Shown: positions 9,829 through 18,671 of the stretch, one piece after another
Numbering within the stretch: the first letter of the stretch is position 1
How the letters are laid out: each line of letters begins with the position of its first letter
Source of the DNA: a virus
Taxonomy: Duplodnaviria > Caudoviricetes
IMG/VR virus record: IMGVR_UViG_3300037755_000804
Location: 1-26,981 of that record
Length of the DNA: 26,981 nucleotides
Reading direction: 5' to 3' (one strand)
Notes under the pieces: model-generated
What the model saw: only the letters and a program-made list of their open reading frames with translations
Databases searched by the model: none
Told to the model about the DNA's origin: nothing
Translations under genes and position numbers: made by a program

Positions 9829-10275
9829 TTATGAATAAACCTCAATAACTCGATCGTCCCATACGGCATCACCTACTACCGTAGTTTTTTGATCAACCAC
9901 GTTGCCGGCAACATCCAACGTAAATCTTTTTATGGTCCATCCGGTTAGTGATGTTGCTACTCCGGGTTTAGCTGCCCCCAAGTAAATAAAATTAGAATCG
10001 GATAAATCAAATTGTTTTTGTAAATTACCTGTTGTTGATAATGTTGGACTGGCAATAACATCTCCTTCTGCTTCTGCTTGAATTGACATAAACAAAATGT
10101 TATTTATAAAATCATTTACATCAGTAGGATCAGTAATAGTAGTTGTGTAAACAATTTGTTCATGTCCAGTGCCTAAGACATAGCCATCTCCTGATGGAAT
10201 AAAGAAGTGAAATACTTCATATCTGGTAGCGGCCTCTTTAAATACAGAGTATGATACTTTGAAAACATCTACCAT
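9829..10275 (-). CDS. Hypothetical virion-associated protein
   Basis: 148 aa. The C-terminal YLGAAKPG..TS...WTIKR...WDDR...YS pattern resembles small phage structural-module proteins. Abuts both neighbours. Confidence 0.55.
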   Translation of the reverse strand: MVDVFKVSYSVFKEAATRYEVFHFFIPSGDGYVLGTGHEQIVYTTTITDPTDVNDFINNILFMSIQAEAEGDVIASPTLSTTGNLQKQFDLSDSNFIYLGAAKPGVATSLTGWTIKRFTLDVAGNVVDQKTTVVGDAVWDDRVIEVYS

Positions 10276-10962
10276 TTAAATCACCGTCTCATTCCAATGG
10301 AGATTTGCCCAATGTCTCCAATCTATACTGTTTGGACCAGCAGTAATTAATAGACCTTCGCCAGGAGCAATAACGATTTCCTTTTGTTCATTAAAAGTAG
10401 CAATTGATTCTTTAATTGCTTGAAAGAACGACCCACCTCCAACGCCTCCGGCCCTCACGCCAGGAGACGCTGTCCATATAGTTCCAGAAGCTGCCGTTGC
10501 AGTAGGGCTCACTCGAACAATACCAACCGGGGCACCATCTAATGTATTTCTTTTTTGAGATGATTGTATGGTACCGCCAGTTGGTAGCCCTGTAGTTCTG
10601 GTTAAAGAATAAATAAAAGGAGTGCTAAAAACAGAATTAAGAGTTCCATTAACAATAATTCTATTTAGATAAAGATTTCTTCCTGATCCAGATGGATTTT
10701 CTAAACTAATTAAATTCTGAGTTAAAATTGTGCCAATTATTAACGCACTACCAAAATAATATTCTCCTACCGGAGATCTCTCTCCTACCGATGTTGTTCT
10801 AATAGCCCCCACATTAGTAACGCTAAAAAATCTAACTAGACCATTATCATCTTTTCCAGCTAACAACAATCCTGGCTGCTCGCCAAATACGATGTTATCT
10901 TCTAGTGTTGCAAGTGGGGTTCCATACCCATCATAAAGAATAACTGCCGGGCTACGATTCAT
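10276..10962 (-). CDS. Hypothetical virion structural protein
   Basis: 228 aa, G/T/S rich, ATGA overlap with the upstream gene. Confidence 0.6.
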   Translation of the reverse strand: MNRSPAVILYDGYGTPLATLEDNIVFGEQPGLLLAGKDDNGLVRFFSVTNVGAIRTTSVGERSPVGEYYFGSALIIGTILTQNLISLENPSGSGRNLYLNRIIVNGTLNSVFSTPFIYSLTRTTGLPTGGTIQSSQKRNTLDGAPVGIVRVSPTATAASGTIWTASPGVRAGGVGGGSFFQAIKESIATFNEQKEIVIAPGEGLLITAGPNSIDWRHWANLHWNETVI

Positions 10963-11768
10963 GCTATTGTCCTCGTTCGCTCTATTTCAAACGGCCCATT
11001 ATAAATTATCGTATCAGTAACAGTTTCTAGAATTGTTGAACCATCAGTATTGTACATTTTCCATTCTTCTGTAATCGGGTTTTGATTTGATGCTCTAGTA
11101 ATAGTTAATTCTACAATTTTATCAGTTTTAAAAGAATCAGTCCACCATATGATTTGTGAAGGAAATGGCGTATCAATAATTTCTCGAAAGGCCCCAGATA
11201 CAAACCCTCCAGCAGGGCCGTTATCAATAAAATGTATTAAATGTCTAAGACTTCGGTGCTGAGACTCAGTAATTCCACCACCGCCACCGCCTGTCGCTCC
11301 AGGAGTAGCAATAACGCCATTCACTAATAAATACCTTAAATCATCATCTTTAATGGTATCTATTCGTACACGAAACCCATAATAAACATCTATAGAAGCA
11401 ACTTGAGCCCCTTCCCATGTGTATGAAGTAGATGTAGATAAATCTGCTCCTTTGACTACAGATCTAAATTCTATTTCTACACTATCTGGAGATGTACTAC
11501 CTCCAGCTCTGGCGCGGCCAAAAATTCTATTTCCAGCGTTTAGCCCAGCAAGCACCTCAATGCCCTGAAGAGTGGAGGGATTAATTATTTCAGCGTATGT
11601 ACTTGTATAATCGCCAGCATCTGCTCCATCAAAAATAGGAGTACCAATAACATCAGAAACATCTGAGTGTTTTAAGTTACCAACATCGGAAATAGTAACA
11701 AATGTTGTACCAGTTGTTACCGACACAGCGGTTTGCTTGCGCGGAATTACTATCGTTCGTACAGTCAT
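10959..11768 (-). CDS. Hypothetical virion structural protein
   Basis: 269 aa, two domains joined by a poly-Gly linker (TGGGGGG), 4-nt overlaps on both sides. Confidence 0.6.
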   Translation of the reverse strand: MTVRTIVIPRKQTAVSVTTGTTFVTISDVGNLKHSDVSDVIGTPIFDGADAGDYTSTYAEIINPSTLQGIEVLAGLNAGNRIFGRARAGGSTSPDSVEIEFRSVVKGADLSTSTSYTWEGAQVASIDVYYGFRVRIDTIKDDDLRYLLVNGVIATPGATGGGGGGITESQHRSLRHLIHFIDNGPAGGFVSGAFREIIDTPFPSQIIWWTDSFKTDKIVELTITRASNQNPITEEWKMYNTDGSTILETVTDTIIYNGPFEIERTRTIA

Positions 11769-12361
11769 AAACTAGTGACATAATTTGCTAAAAGTGTGCT
11801 ATCTGTTGTTGGAGAAAAAGTTATAAAGGTAATGGTATTAAATCCAGTACCGGGTCCGGCCCCCTCAGATACTACAAAATCTATACCTTGCTCTTGTATC
11901 ACACCGTTGTGTCTAATGGTAATTCTAAAGGTGTTATTCTCTATATTTCCGTTTAAAAATAAGTCAGGGGTAGTAAAAACTTTATTAACACCATTTTTGG
12001 TGCCTATTAATCCTATGCCTTGTTTAAATGCAAAGTTTGTTTGAGCAAACCCCACATCAAGACCCTCACCAATGCCTAAGCTTTGCAAAAACGTTTTCTG
12101 TTCAGCATTAAATTGAAGCAGATCAATATCGCTACAAGTAATTATAATTTCTCCAGATATACCTTTTATTCGCAAATCTCCTTTTAATAGTGAGTGCCTA
12201 ATGACTGCTTCAGATATTTCTGGAATTGCTAATAAATCTTTTTCTTCGCCATTAGGAATAGGACAGCCTAACACTCTAATGCGCTTACCGTTTGGTGCGA
12301 CATTTCGTACTACAAAACAGGTTCCTTCTTTAGGAAACCAAGTATGATGATGCTTTGGCAT
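11765..12361 (-). CDS. Hypothetical virion structural protein
   Basis: 198 aa. C-terminal GTKNGVNKVFT...NGVIQEQGIDFVV...TITF..SP beta-sandwich-like module. TAATG coupling with the upstream gene. Confidence 0.6.
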   Translation of the reverse strand: MPKHHHTWFPKEGTCFVVRNVAPNGKRIRVLGCPIPNGEEKDLLAIPEISEAVIRHSLLKGDLRIKGISGEIIITCSDIDLLQFNAEQKTFLQSLGIGEGLDVGFAQTNFAFKQGIGLIGTKNGVNKVFTTPDLFLNGNIENNTFRITIRHNGVIQEQGIDFVVSEGAGPGTGFNTITFITFSPTTDSTLLANYVTSL

Positions 12362-13176
12362 TATTCAACCACCTCATCCTTTATGGTAATGGTAATGGTT
12401 CTCTCTACTTTCTTTTCACCATCTCGTCTTAAATCCTGATTACCAAATATAGCATTTATGATGCTGTCTTGAGTAGATGCATTTAGTCCATTACCATCTT
12501 TTCCCATAACAAAGGCAGATTGCTTAACATTCTCATCATGAGCATCATTAGTAAGATTTAAATAAGCATCACGCCTAATCAAATCTTCATCGCGCTTGAT
12601 TAGCTGATCGTAAATATGTTGTGCAGGCTTATTTTGAATATCTTCCAGGCTTAACCGATATCTAGCAAATAATAACTGTTCCAGGTAGTCAATTTGAGGC
12701 CTAAATATGTCTAATTCTTGTGCATCAACCTTGATTGCTCGTTTTACAGAGTCATGCAAACTACGGGCATATGAATGGAAATATTCTGGATGATGACCAT
12801 ATTTATCACGAATCATGTCCAGTGGCTTAATTAACTTGGACATAGCTTTAATTCTATTTTTAGCTTCTTCGTCCAAAAATTGTTGCGAACGGTTCCAATA
12901 CTGAAGATTTGCCCTCGGAACGCGCTCGGTTTCCTGGTCAATTCGACGAGTATCGAATGCTACCTTGGTAAGCCCTTCAGAGGGCATCATAGCGCGCATT
13001 GCAGCCGCCCTGGCGGCTCTTTTAACCATTCCAGGCTCCAGACTAGCCTGGACTTTGTAAACCTTTTTAGAGGCCATCTCAGAGCCGTTGCGGGCGGTTG
13101 ACGTGAAGTCGTCAACTAAATCGCTAATAAGGTTTGCGCAACCATCTAACGGAAGTACTTTGTGATTAGCGCTCAT
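12361..13176 (-). CDS. Hypothetical protein (helical, carries K-x-A motifs)
   Basis: 271 aa ORF coupled to the downstream gene; contains VKRAA and LTKVAF. Confidence 0.7.
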   Translation of the reverse strand: MSANHKVLPLDGCANLISDLVDDFTSTARNGSEMASKKVYKVQASLEPGMVKRAARAAAMRAMMPSEGLTKVAFDTRRIDQETERVPRANLQYWNRSQQFLDEEAKNRIKAMSKLIKPLDMIRDKYGHHPEYFHSYARSLHDSVKRAIKVDAQELDIFRPQIDYLEQLLFARYRLSLEDIQNKPAQHIYDQLIKRDEDLIRRDAYLNLTNDAHDENVKQSAFVMGKDGNGLNASTQDSIINAIFGNQDLRRDGEKKVERTITITIKDEVVE

Positions 13177-13188
13177 TTCGTAAATATA

Positions 13189-13494
13189 CTAGAATATTGG
13201 CTTCTTCTTCCGCTCTTTTCCTCTCCATTCAGTACCACCTTCAGCTACATCTTTTGTTTTGGCACAAAAACCTTCAGGCTTCTTCATAGGGATGTTCGCT
13301 GCAGCGCGCTGATTCGCCAGCCAAGCATTTGCGCGGTGCTGGTCTTCGTTGGTCATTTTCCACCACAACTCCTCCAAATCATCTGCGAGGCGATCCTCGG
13401 CTGCTTCGGTCAGCGTGCCGAGCAGTCGCCCGCTCAGAAGCTGTCGAATCAGCTGGATGTGTTTCTTCAGGGCGGCGGCAGATTCAGTGTCCAT
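13189..13494 (-). CDS. Hypothetical protein
   Basis: 101 aa, GAGGA RBS upstream, locally GC-rich. Confidence 0.55.
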   Translation of the reverse strand: MDTESAAALKKHIQLIRQLLSGRLLGTLTEAAEDRLADDLEELWWKMTNEDQHRANAWLANQRAAANIPMKKPEGFCAKTKDVAEGGTEWRGKERKKKPIF

Positions 13495-13532
13495 AGCTCA
13501 TCTTCCTCAGTCAATGATTTTATGCTTTTATC

Positions 13533-13561
13533 TTGACTGTTCTCATCAATAATGTTATACT
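13533..13561 (+). promoter_or_regulatory. Sigma70-type promoter with extended -10
   Basis: TTGACT (13533-13538), 17-nt spacer ending in TGn, TATACT (13556-13561). AAGGAG RBS at 13588-13593 before ATG 13601. Confidence 0.8.
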
Positions 13562-13600
13562 ATTAGAGGATATGTTTTTATATAAAAAAGGAGAAATATT

Positions 13601-13891
13601 ATGAAAAGTTATGAATTACATTTACCAGTTTTCAAACAGGGCGATGATTTACATCACAAAATGGAAGTAACCGGAGGTAATTTACCAGAAGCGTTCAAGT
13701 TGCAAGCCGAGACGTATGAACTAGCTGCAGAAATGTGCCGCAAAATGGCCGGAGTAGCGGTAGAGCACGAACTTTCAGTAGATGCAGATACTCATATGAT
13801 TATGGTAGGCGGTCCGGAAGATGTAATGGAAAATTTAGTAGTAGAAGGCATACTGGATGCTGATGACGAATATGAAGATGAAGACGAATAA
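13601..13891 (+). CDS. Small acidic hypothetical protein
   Basis: 96 aa, strong RBS, D/E-rich tail (DADDEYEDEDE). Confidence 0.8.
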   Translation: MKSYELHLPVFKQGDDLHHKMEVTGGNLPEAFKLQAETYELAAEMCRKMAGVAVEHELSVDADTHMIMVGGPEDVMENLVVEGILDADDEYEDEDE

Positions 13892-15932
13892 TAAAACCGT
13901 TTTATCTAAAAAACAAAAAGAACAGATAATTGAATTATATTGTCAGAACATCTCTCCGACTAAAATTGGAGAGATGTTTAATATTAAAAGAGATTCTGTC
14001 ACTAGAATAGCCAAAAAAGCTGGTATTAATACTACACCTAAAAAAAAATTATCTGACCAGGATGTCGAAAATATCTGTAAGCTTTATGTAGATGGATTAT
14101 CTACACAGAAACTTGCCGATAAATTTAAAGTATCAGCAACCATTATTTCTAAATACCTAAAACGAAATAACATCAAAATTCGTGACATGTCCGAATGTCA
14201 TAGAATTTATCCCATTAATGAAGATTTCTTTGATGTTATTGATACAGAAGAAAAGGCTTATTTTTTAGGATTTTTATATGCAGATGGCTGTAATCATTTG
14301 AAAGAAAACTTTGTTACTCTCGGGGTACAACATTCTGATAAAGAAATATTGAAAAAATTGGCAGCGCTAATATATAAAGAAAATCCAGATAATCAAATAA
14401 AAATATCAGATAGAACTCATGACAATAAAGGAATTACCGCTTACTTTACAATAAATAGCAAGCATATATGTCATAGACTAGATCAGTTAGGATGTGTACA
14501 ATCAAAAACTTTTAAAATAAAATATCCTAATTGGCTTTCGAATGATTTACATAGGCATTTTATACGAGGCTATTTTGATGGAGATGGTGGTTCTACTATT
14601 TTTTATATTCCGGGTGTTGGCGGTAAAATCAAATTAACTTCTACAAAAGATTTTGTTAACGGTGCGCGTAAAGTAATATTAGATCAGGTTGGAATTTCGC
14701 TTGGAGTATATAAATACTCTTCTGTATATGATTTGGCGTCTTCTGGAGATGTTAATTCTATTAAATTTTTACATTTTATGTATGATAAAGCAAATATATT
14801 CATGAGAAGAAAACATGATCTATATCTTGATTTTGTAAATAAACTTAAATTTACCAACTATTTAGCCAATAAAGGAACTCAAGGATATTCAAAAAGCAAT
14901 ATAAAGAAATCTCAGCATATAAAGAATATAGCGTTTGATTGGATTTTTGAAAAGGATGAATTTAAATTAACCAAACATAATATTAAATTATTATCGTCAG
15001 AAGAGCGAGAAGAGTTATCTATTTGGGTATTTAAAGAGTTGCGAAAACATAACTGGAAATATCCTGATGATCTTCAGAATGTTAAAACACAATTTGACAA
15101 ATTAACTGATTATCAGCCAGATTTAACCAAACAAAAAATAAACGGATCCAATTTGGGAAATTATATATGCAAAGTATTTTGTCATTCTTTTTATAAATCT
15201 AAAAGCAAATATGGAAAATCTATTATCGAAGTATTTGAAGATGATGAATTATTAATGAAAGTCGTCCGCAATAGGTTGGGGCTAGATTGGAAAAAAGAAC
15301 CAGAATTTTTTGATATTTCATTTAAAAATATAATTATTGGAATGCGTTCATCTGGAGCAGCATCTCATATTACTATGTTTAAGCCAACTATAGCAAAATA
15401 TATAGTAGAAAAATATTCTAATATTGGGGATACTGTATACGATTATTCTGCTGGTTTTGGAGGCAGAATGCTGGGTGCATGCTCCGCCCAAAGAAAATAT
15501 ATAGGAACAGATCCATTAACACATAAAGAATTAAAAAGAATGCGAGATTTCCTTAAATTACAAAATTGTACCATTTTAGGAGATCCATCAGAAACTGTTA
15601 GATTAAATAAAAATAGTATTGATTTGGCATGGAGTAGCCCTCCATATTTTGATATCGAAATCTATTCCGAAGATTCGGCACAAGCATATAATAATGGTAT
15701 AGAGTATTTTATTAATACATATTGGGAACAAACCCTAAGAAATGTTAAGTATATGCTTAAATCCGGCGGTTTTTTCGGATTAAATGTAAAAAATCAAGCT
15801 GAAATGATTGATATGTCTATAGATATATTTGGAGAACCAATTGATGAAATTGAGATAACATATTCTACATCTCATTTTAATAAAACCAAATGTAAATCAG
15901 AAGAGCCTATTTTGATATTTAAAAACCAATAA
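13857..15932 (+). CDS. HTH + double-motif LAGLIDADG endonuclease fused to amino (N4-C/N6-A) DNA methyltransferase
   Basis: Two N-terminal HTH-like repeats, then KAYFLGFLYADG and HFIRGYFDGDG (LAGLIDADG motifs). C-terminal VYDYSAGFGGRMLG (SAM motif I), YIGTDP, and DLAWSSPPYF (motif IV). The true start may be ATG 13872 or 13878. Confidence 0.85.
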   Translation: MLMTNMKMKTNNKTVLSKKQKEQIIELYCQNISPTKIGEMFNIKRDSVTRIAKKAGINTTPKKKLSDQDVENICKLYVDGLSTQKLADKFKVSATIISKYLKRNNIKIRDMSECHRIYPINEDFFDVIDTEEKAYFLGFLYADGCNHLKENFVTLGVQHSDKEILKKLAALIYKENPDNQIKISDRTHDNKGITAYFTINSKHICHRLDQLGCVQSKTFKIKYPNWLSNDLHRHFIRGYFDGDGGSTIFYIPGVGGKIKLTSTKDFVNGARKVILDQVGISLGVYKYSSVYDLASSGDVNSIKFLHFMYDKANIFMRRKHDLYLDFVNKLKFTNYLANKGTQGYSKSNIKKSQHIKNIAFDWIFEKDEFKLTKHNIKLLSSEEREELSIWVFKELRKHNWKYPDDLQNVKTQFDKLTDYQPDLTKQKINGSNLGNYICKVFCHSFYKSKSKYGKSIIEVFEDDELLMKVVRNRLGLDWKKEPEFFDISFKNIIIGMRSSGAASHITMFKPTIAKYIVEKYSNIGDTVYDYSAGFGGRMLGACSAQRKYIGTDPLTHKELKRMRDFLKLQNCTILGDPSETVRLNKNSIDLAWSSPPYFDIEIYSEDSAQAYNNGIEYFINTYWEQTLRNVKYMLKSGGFFGLNVKNQAEMIDMSIDIFGEPIDEIEITYSTSHFNKTKCKSEEPILIFKNQ

Positions 15933-15962
15933 AAAAGGCGCCGACTTAGTCAGCGCCTTTTT
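15931..15962. terminator. Bidirectional intrinsic terminator
   Basis: AAAAAAGGCGCCGAC-TTA-GTCAGCGCCTTTTT between the convergent MTase fusion and capsid genes. Confidence 0.9.
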
Positions 15963-15980
15963 ATTTAATTATGTGGTTTA

Positions 15981-16994
15981 TCAGCCGGCTGCAAGGCTCT
16001 TAGAACCCTTTGAAACGCCGCGCGGATTGACAATACCAATGCCGATAATCTCGCTGACAACCCAACCAAGCTTCAACTGCTTTGGCTCGTCTGCAGGAAG
16101 AACTTCGATGTCCTGACGAACAGGCATAACACCAACAAACTCTGGGTCAGCACAGCCGTAGACAGTTCCAGGTGGAACAATCTTGGAGACCATGATGTCT
16201 GCACCCCAGATGTGTGCGTAGAGACCAGTCTGAAGGATCTCACGCTGGGTGACAGGATCGACCTCACCACCGCCTGCGCCCTGACCACCGCCAGATGCCC
16301 AGTTGAGGATGTCAGTGAACTCGTTGATGTTCATGAAGAACTTCGTTGTGACGAGGTCCCAACGGTCAACCTGAACCTTGAGTTCGACAAGGTCACGCTT
16401 GAGCATTCCTGCGTCAGCGATATCCTGAAGAGTGTTCTCAACACCAGCGGCAGAATCAAGAGCTGCAAAGACGTTTGCGTCTTCCTGAGCCATGATCTCT
16501 TGGCGTGCTTTCTGCACTGCACGGTCAATGACGTTGAATCTACGACGCTTTACTTCGTGAATACGAACGGTTGGGTTCGAGTAGATCTCGAACTCTGGAA
16601 CCGTAACGCGATCACCGAAGACGCGAGCCTCTGGGCCGGAACCGTGTGCAGAAATAACAACTGCGGTTACATCGATGTCACGATCGTAGACTGGAAGTGC
16701 ACCCTGTGGGAGCGGGTCAACGACCAATGCACGACGTGCGATGCCTTGGTAGTCCAAGTTCTTACGAATTGGGTTAGCCATTGCCTGAGCAAGTGCCATC
16801 TTACCTTCGTGGGTCATGATTGCGCGAGTAATAAGCTCGTCACGCTTCTCATCATTTAGGCTTAGCTGTCCAGCAAGACCAATATTGGAAGGAAGGTTCT
16901 CCTGAATTACAGCTGCGTATTTTGTAAGGGTAGAAAGAGCATCATTCAAGTTAGATGCGTTTAACTGTCCTTGAGCATTGAAAAGTTCACTCAT
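15981..16994 (-). CDS. Major capsid protein (HK97 fold)
   Basis: 337 aa from ATG 16994 (GGAGA RBS). Pattern LAQAMANPIR..LDYQGIARR..VDPLPQGALPVYD...FEI..NPTV...AQED..F...GLYAHIWGADIMVSKIVPPG...GWVVSEIIGIG..NPRGV fits the HK97-type capsid layout. Codon usage is biased as for a highly expressed gene, and it follows a decoration-like gene. Confidence 0.85.
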   Translation of the reverse strand: MSELFNAQGQLNASNLNDALSTLTKYAAVIQENLPSNIGLAGQLSLNDEKRDELITRAIMTHEGKMALAQAMANPIRKNLDYQGIARRALVVDPLPQGALPVYDRDIDVTAVVISAHGSGPEARVFGDRVTVPEFEIYSNPTVRIHEVKRRRFNVIDRAVQKARQEIMAQEDANVFAALDSAAGVENTLQDIADAGMLKRDLVELKVQVDRWDLVTTKFFMNINEFTDILNWASGGGQGAGGGEVDPVTQREILQTGLYAHIWGADIMVSKIVPPGTVYGCADPEFVGVMPVRQDIEVLPADEPKQLKLGWVVSEIIGIGIVNPRGVSKGSKSLAAG

Positions 16995-17080
16995 GTTGTT
17001 CTCCAAGTTAAGGATTACTCGAACTAACCAGTAATCTTGTTCTTAAGTGTGTTAAGTTAGGGTTTTAGTTTAGTGTTATG

Positions 17081-17114
17081 AAAAAAGGGCACCAACAAGG
17101 CCGGTGCCCTTTTT
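17081..17114. terminator. Intrinsic terminator-like hairpin between the decoration and capsid genes
   Basis: AAAAAAGGGCACC-AACAAGGCC-GGTGCCCTTTTT, a perfect stem with a U-tract on either strand. Confidence 0.8.
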
Positions 17115-17126
17115 CAATTTAGTTTA

Positions 17127-17792
17127 TTACAGCTCTGGGTTCCACGAGAAGATTGCTACATCGAACTGCGCGCCCGGTGCAGGCGAACCAGATGGAGAGT
17201 TGAGTGCCTGTACCTGGCCGAGTGGCGTGGTTACAAGGCTTCCATTTGGTGCGAACTCAATGAAACGACCAACAACAACTGCCTCGAATGCAGCACCTGC
17301 GTTTGGAGTCAAAAGACCAGCAGTGGTTGCATAGAGAGCATCACCGCCAGACAATGCCGGGTTGGTTGGAACCAAACCGCTGTTGAGGGTGGTGTCGACT
17401 GCGTCAAGAGTTACTGCATATAGACCTGGCTTGTCCCAAAGAGTGACCTTGCCAGAACCAGCTGCAGTGTGTGGACCAAGAACAGCTCCGCCAGTAGATA
17501 CCTGACCAGCAGATGCACCAACGACCTCACCAAATAGGGTGCCGTAACCGCTGACTCCCTCATCCAGAAGGAAGAGTGGGCGTGCGCCAGGGGCTAGGGT
17601 AGTGGTAACTGCTGCACGGGTGTTAGCCTGGGCTACGTATCCGTCTTCAACGTCTGCAGCTGCCTGGTCTGTGGCCAAAGCAACGTACGTGAAAGTGCAA
17701 ACTTCTCCACCAAGGGAGCTGGTAACCTGAGCGTCAAGACCATCGAACTGGCCGAGTGGCTGTGTGCCTGGTTGTAGAATTTTAAGTGCCAT
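17127..17792 (-). CDS. Putative head decoration/cement protein
   Basis: 221 aa, A/G/T rich, directly upstream of the capsid gene with similar codon bias. Motifs SGKVTLW and GDALYATTAGLLT. Confidence 0.65.
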   Translation of the reverse strand: MALKILQPGTQPLGQFDGLDAQVTSSLGGEVCTFTYVALATDQAAADVEDGYVAQANTRAAVTTTLAPGARPLFLLDEGVSGYGTLFGEVVGASAGQVSTGGAVLGPHTAAGSGKVTLWDKPGLYAVTLDAVDTTLNSGLVPTNPALSGGDALYATTAGLLTPNAGAAFEAVVVGRFIEFAPNGSLVTTPLGQVQALNSPSGSPAPGAQFDVAIFSWNPEL

Positions 17793-17912
17793 TTTTTTGT
17801 TCCCTGAAGCGCGTTGTTTGTGCGCTTTATCTATCTTTCTTCTATGGGTCTTACATCTACTAGATGATTCTAGTCGATTAGTATGCTCCCATATTGATAG
17901 GAAAGAACAAAA

Positions 17913-18671
17913 TTATTTGCACAATATACTAGAAAATATACGAATTCTTTCTTCGGATGTGAAAAAGGCCACTTTTTTGTTCTTCGTAATGATCCCAAGA
18001 GCCGAAGAAACGTCCTCCGTGGAGGTTCCAAAGCCGCTTCCGCCCCAAATCATGCCCTGTGCTCCCTGCTGTCCAACAGCATTAGAGATCTTTATTTCAG
18101 CACGTTTGGCAGCAGCAATCAGATCGTCATTAAGCTTTCCGTCTTGAGGTCCGTTATACAACACACCAATAACTGGTTGCGCAGTGCTAAAGAATTTTTG
18201 GAATGCAAGTACGGTTTCATCAGATTTGTCTTCTTCGATTTTTTCTTCTTTTTGTGGTTTGGGATGCAGAAATTCTTTCAACGCAATTAGCGCTTTAGTC
18301 AGCTCGCCTTGATTGATGGAATTGCCGGATACAATGTTGAATTGCTTTCCTGTTTTTCTCTTAAGAGTCCAGGAGAAATTGAGCAAAACATCAAGTAGTT
18401 TTCTGTTAATCTTGCCGTCAATTGGACCTGGATATGGAGGGCTAATAGGGTTACCCTTCATAACCTTCTGTACCTGCCTTACCCAATTTTGTCCATCATC
18501 AGACATTGCTACATCAGGAGGAGTTTGTGCGTAATACGAATCACGAGGCCTAAAGAAATCTCTATCTTCTGATGGAACTACGAATTGAATAGACTCAGAT
18601 AATTCGGAAAGGCTAGGCTGGCCAACCATTCCGGTAGCTTCTGACCGGTCAGTTATGGTTGGCTTAGACAT
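17913..18671 (-). CDS. Protein with two peptidoglycan-binding-like (PG_binding_1-type) repeats
   Basis: VRQVQKVM...YPGPIDGKIN..L...L..F and VLAFQKFF...YNGPQDGKLN..LIAAAK match the V..lQ..L...y.G.iDG......Av..f pattern. Confidence 0.6.
   Translation of the reverse strand: MSKPTITDRSEATGMVGQPSLSELSESIQFVVPSEDRDFFRPRDSYYAQTPPDVAMSDDGQNWVRQVQKVMKGNPISPPYPGPIDGKINRKLLDVLLNFSWTLKRKTGKQFNIVSGNSINQGELTKALIALKEFLHPKPQKEEKIEEDKSDETVLAFQKFFSTAQPVIGVLYNGPQDGKLNDDLIAAAKRAEIKISNAVGQQGAQGMIWGGSGFGTSTEDVSSALGIITKNKKVAFFTSEERIRIFSSILCK

Noticed and set aside
13857-14850. Intein or group I intron origin for the LAGLIDADG domains (also 25236-26069)
   Set aside because: No Cys/Ser N-terminal or His-Asn C-terminal splice motifs were seen. 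Both ORFs are antisense to intact flanking genes, so no host gene is split.
1-17006. Encapsulin nanocompartment system (HK97-fold shell plus cysteine desulfurase cargo)
   Set aside because: The two genes are about 15 kb apart. The shell gene sits among decoration, internal and fibre genes and homing endonucleases, which fits a phage capsid. The desulfurase is IscS-like and has no N-terminal cargo-loading extension.
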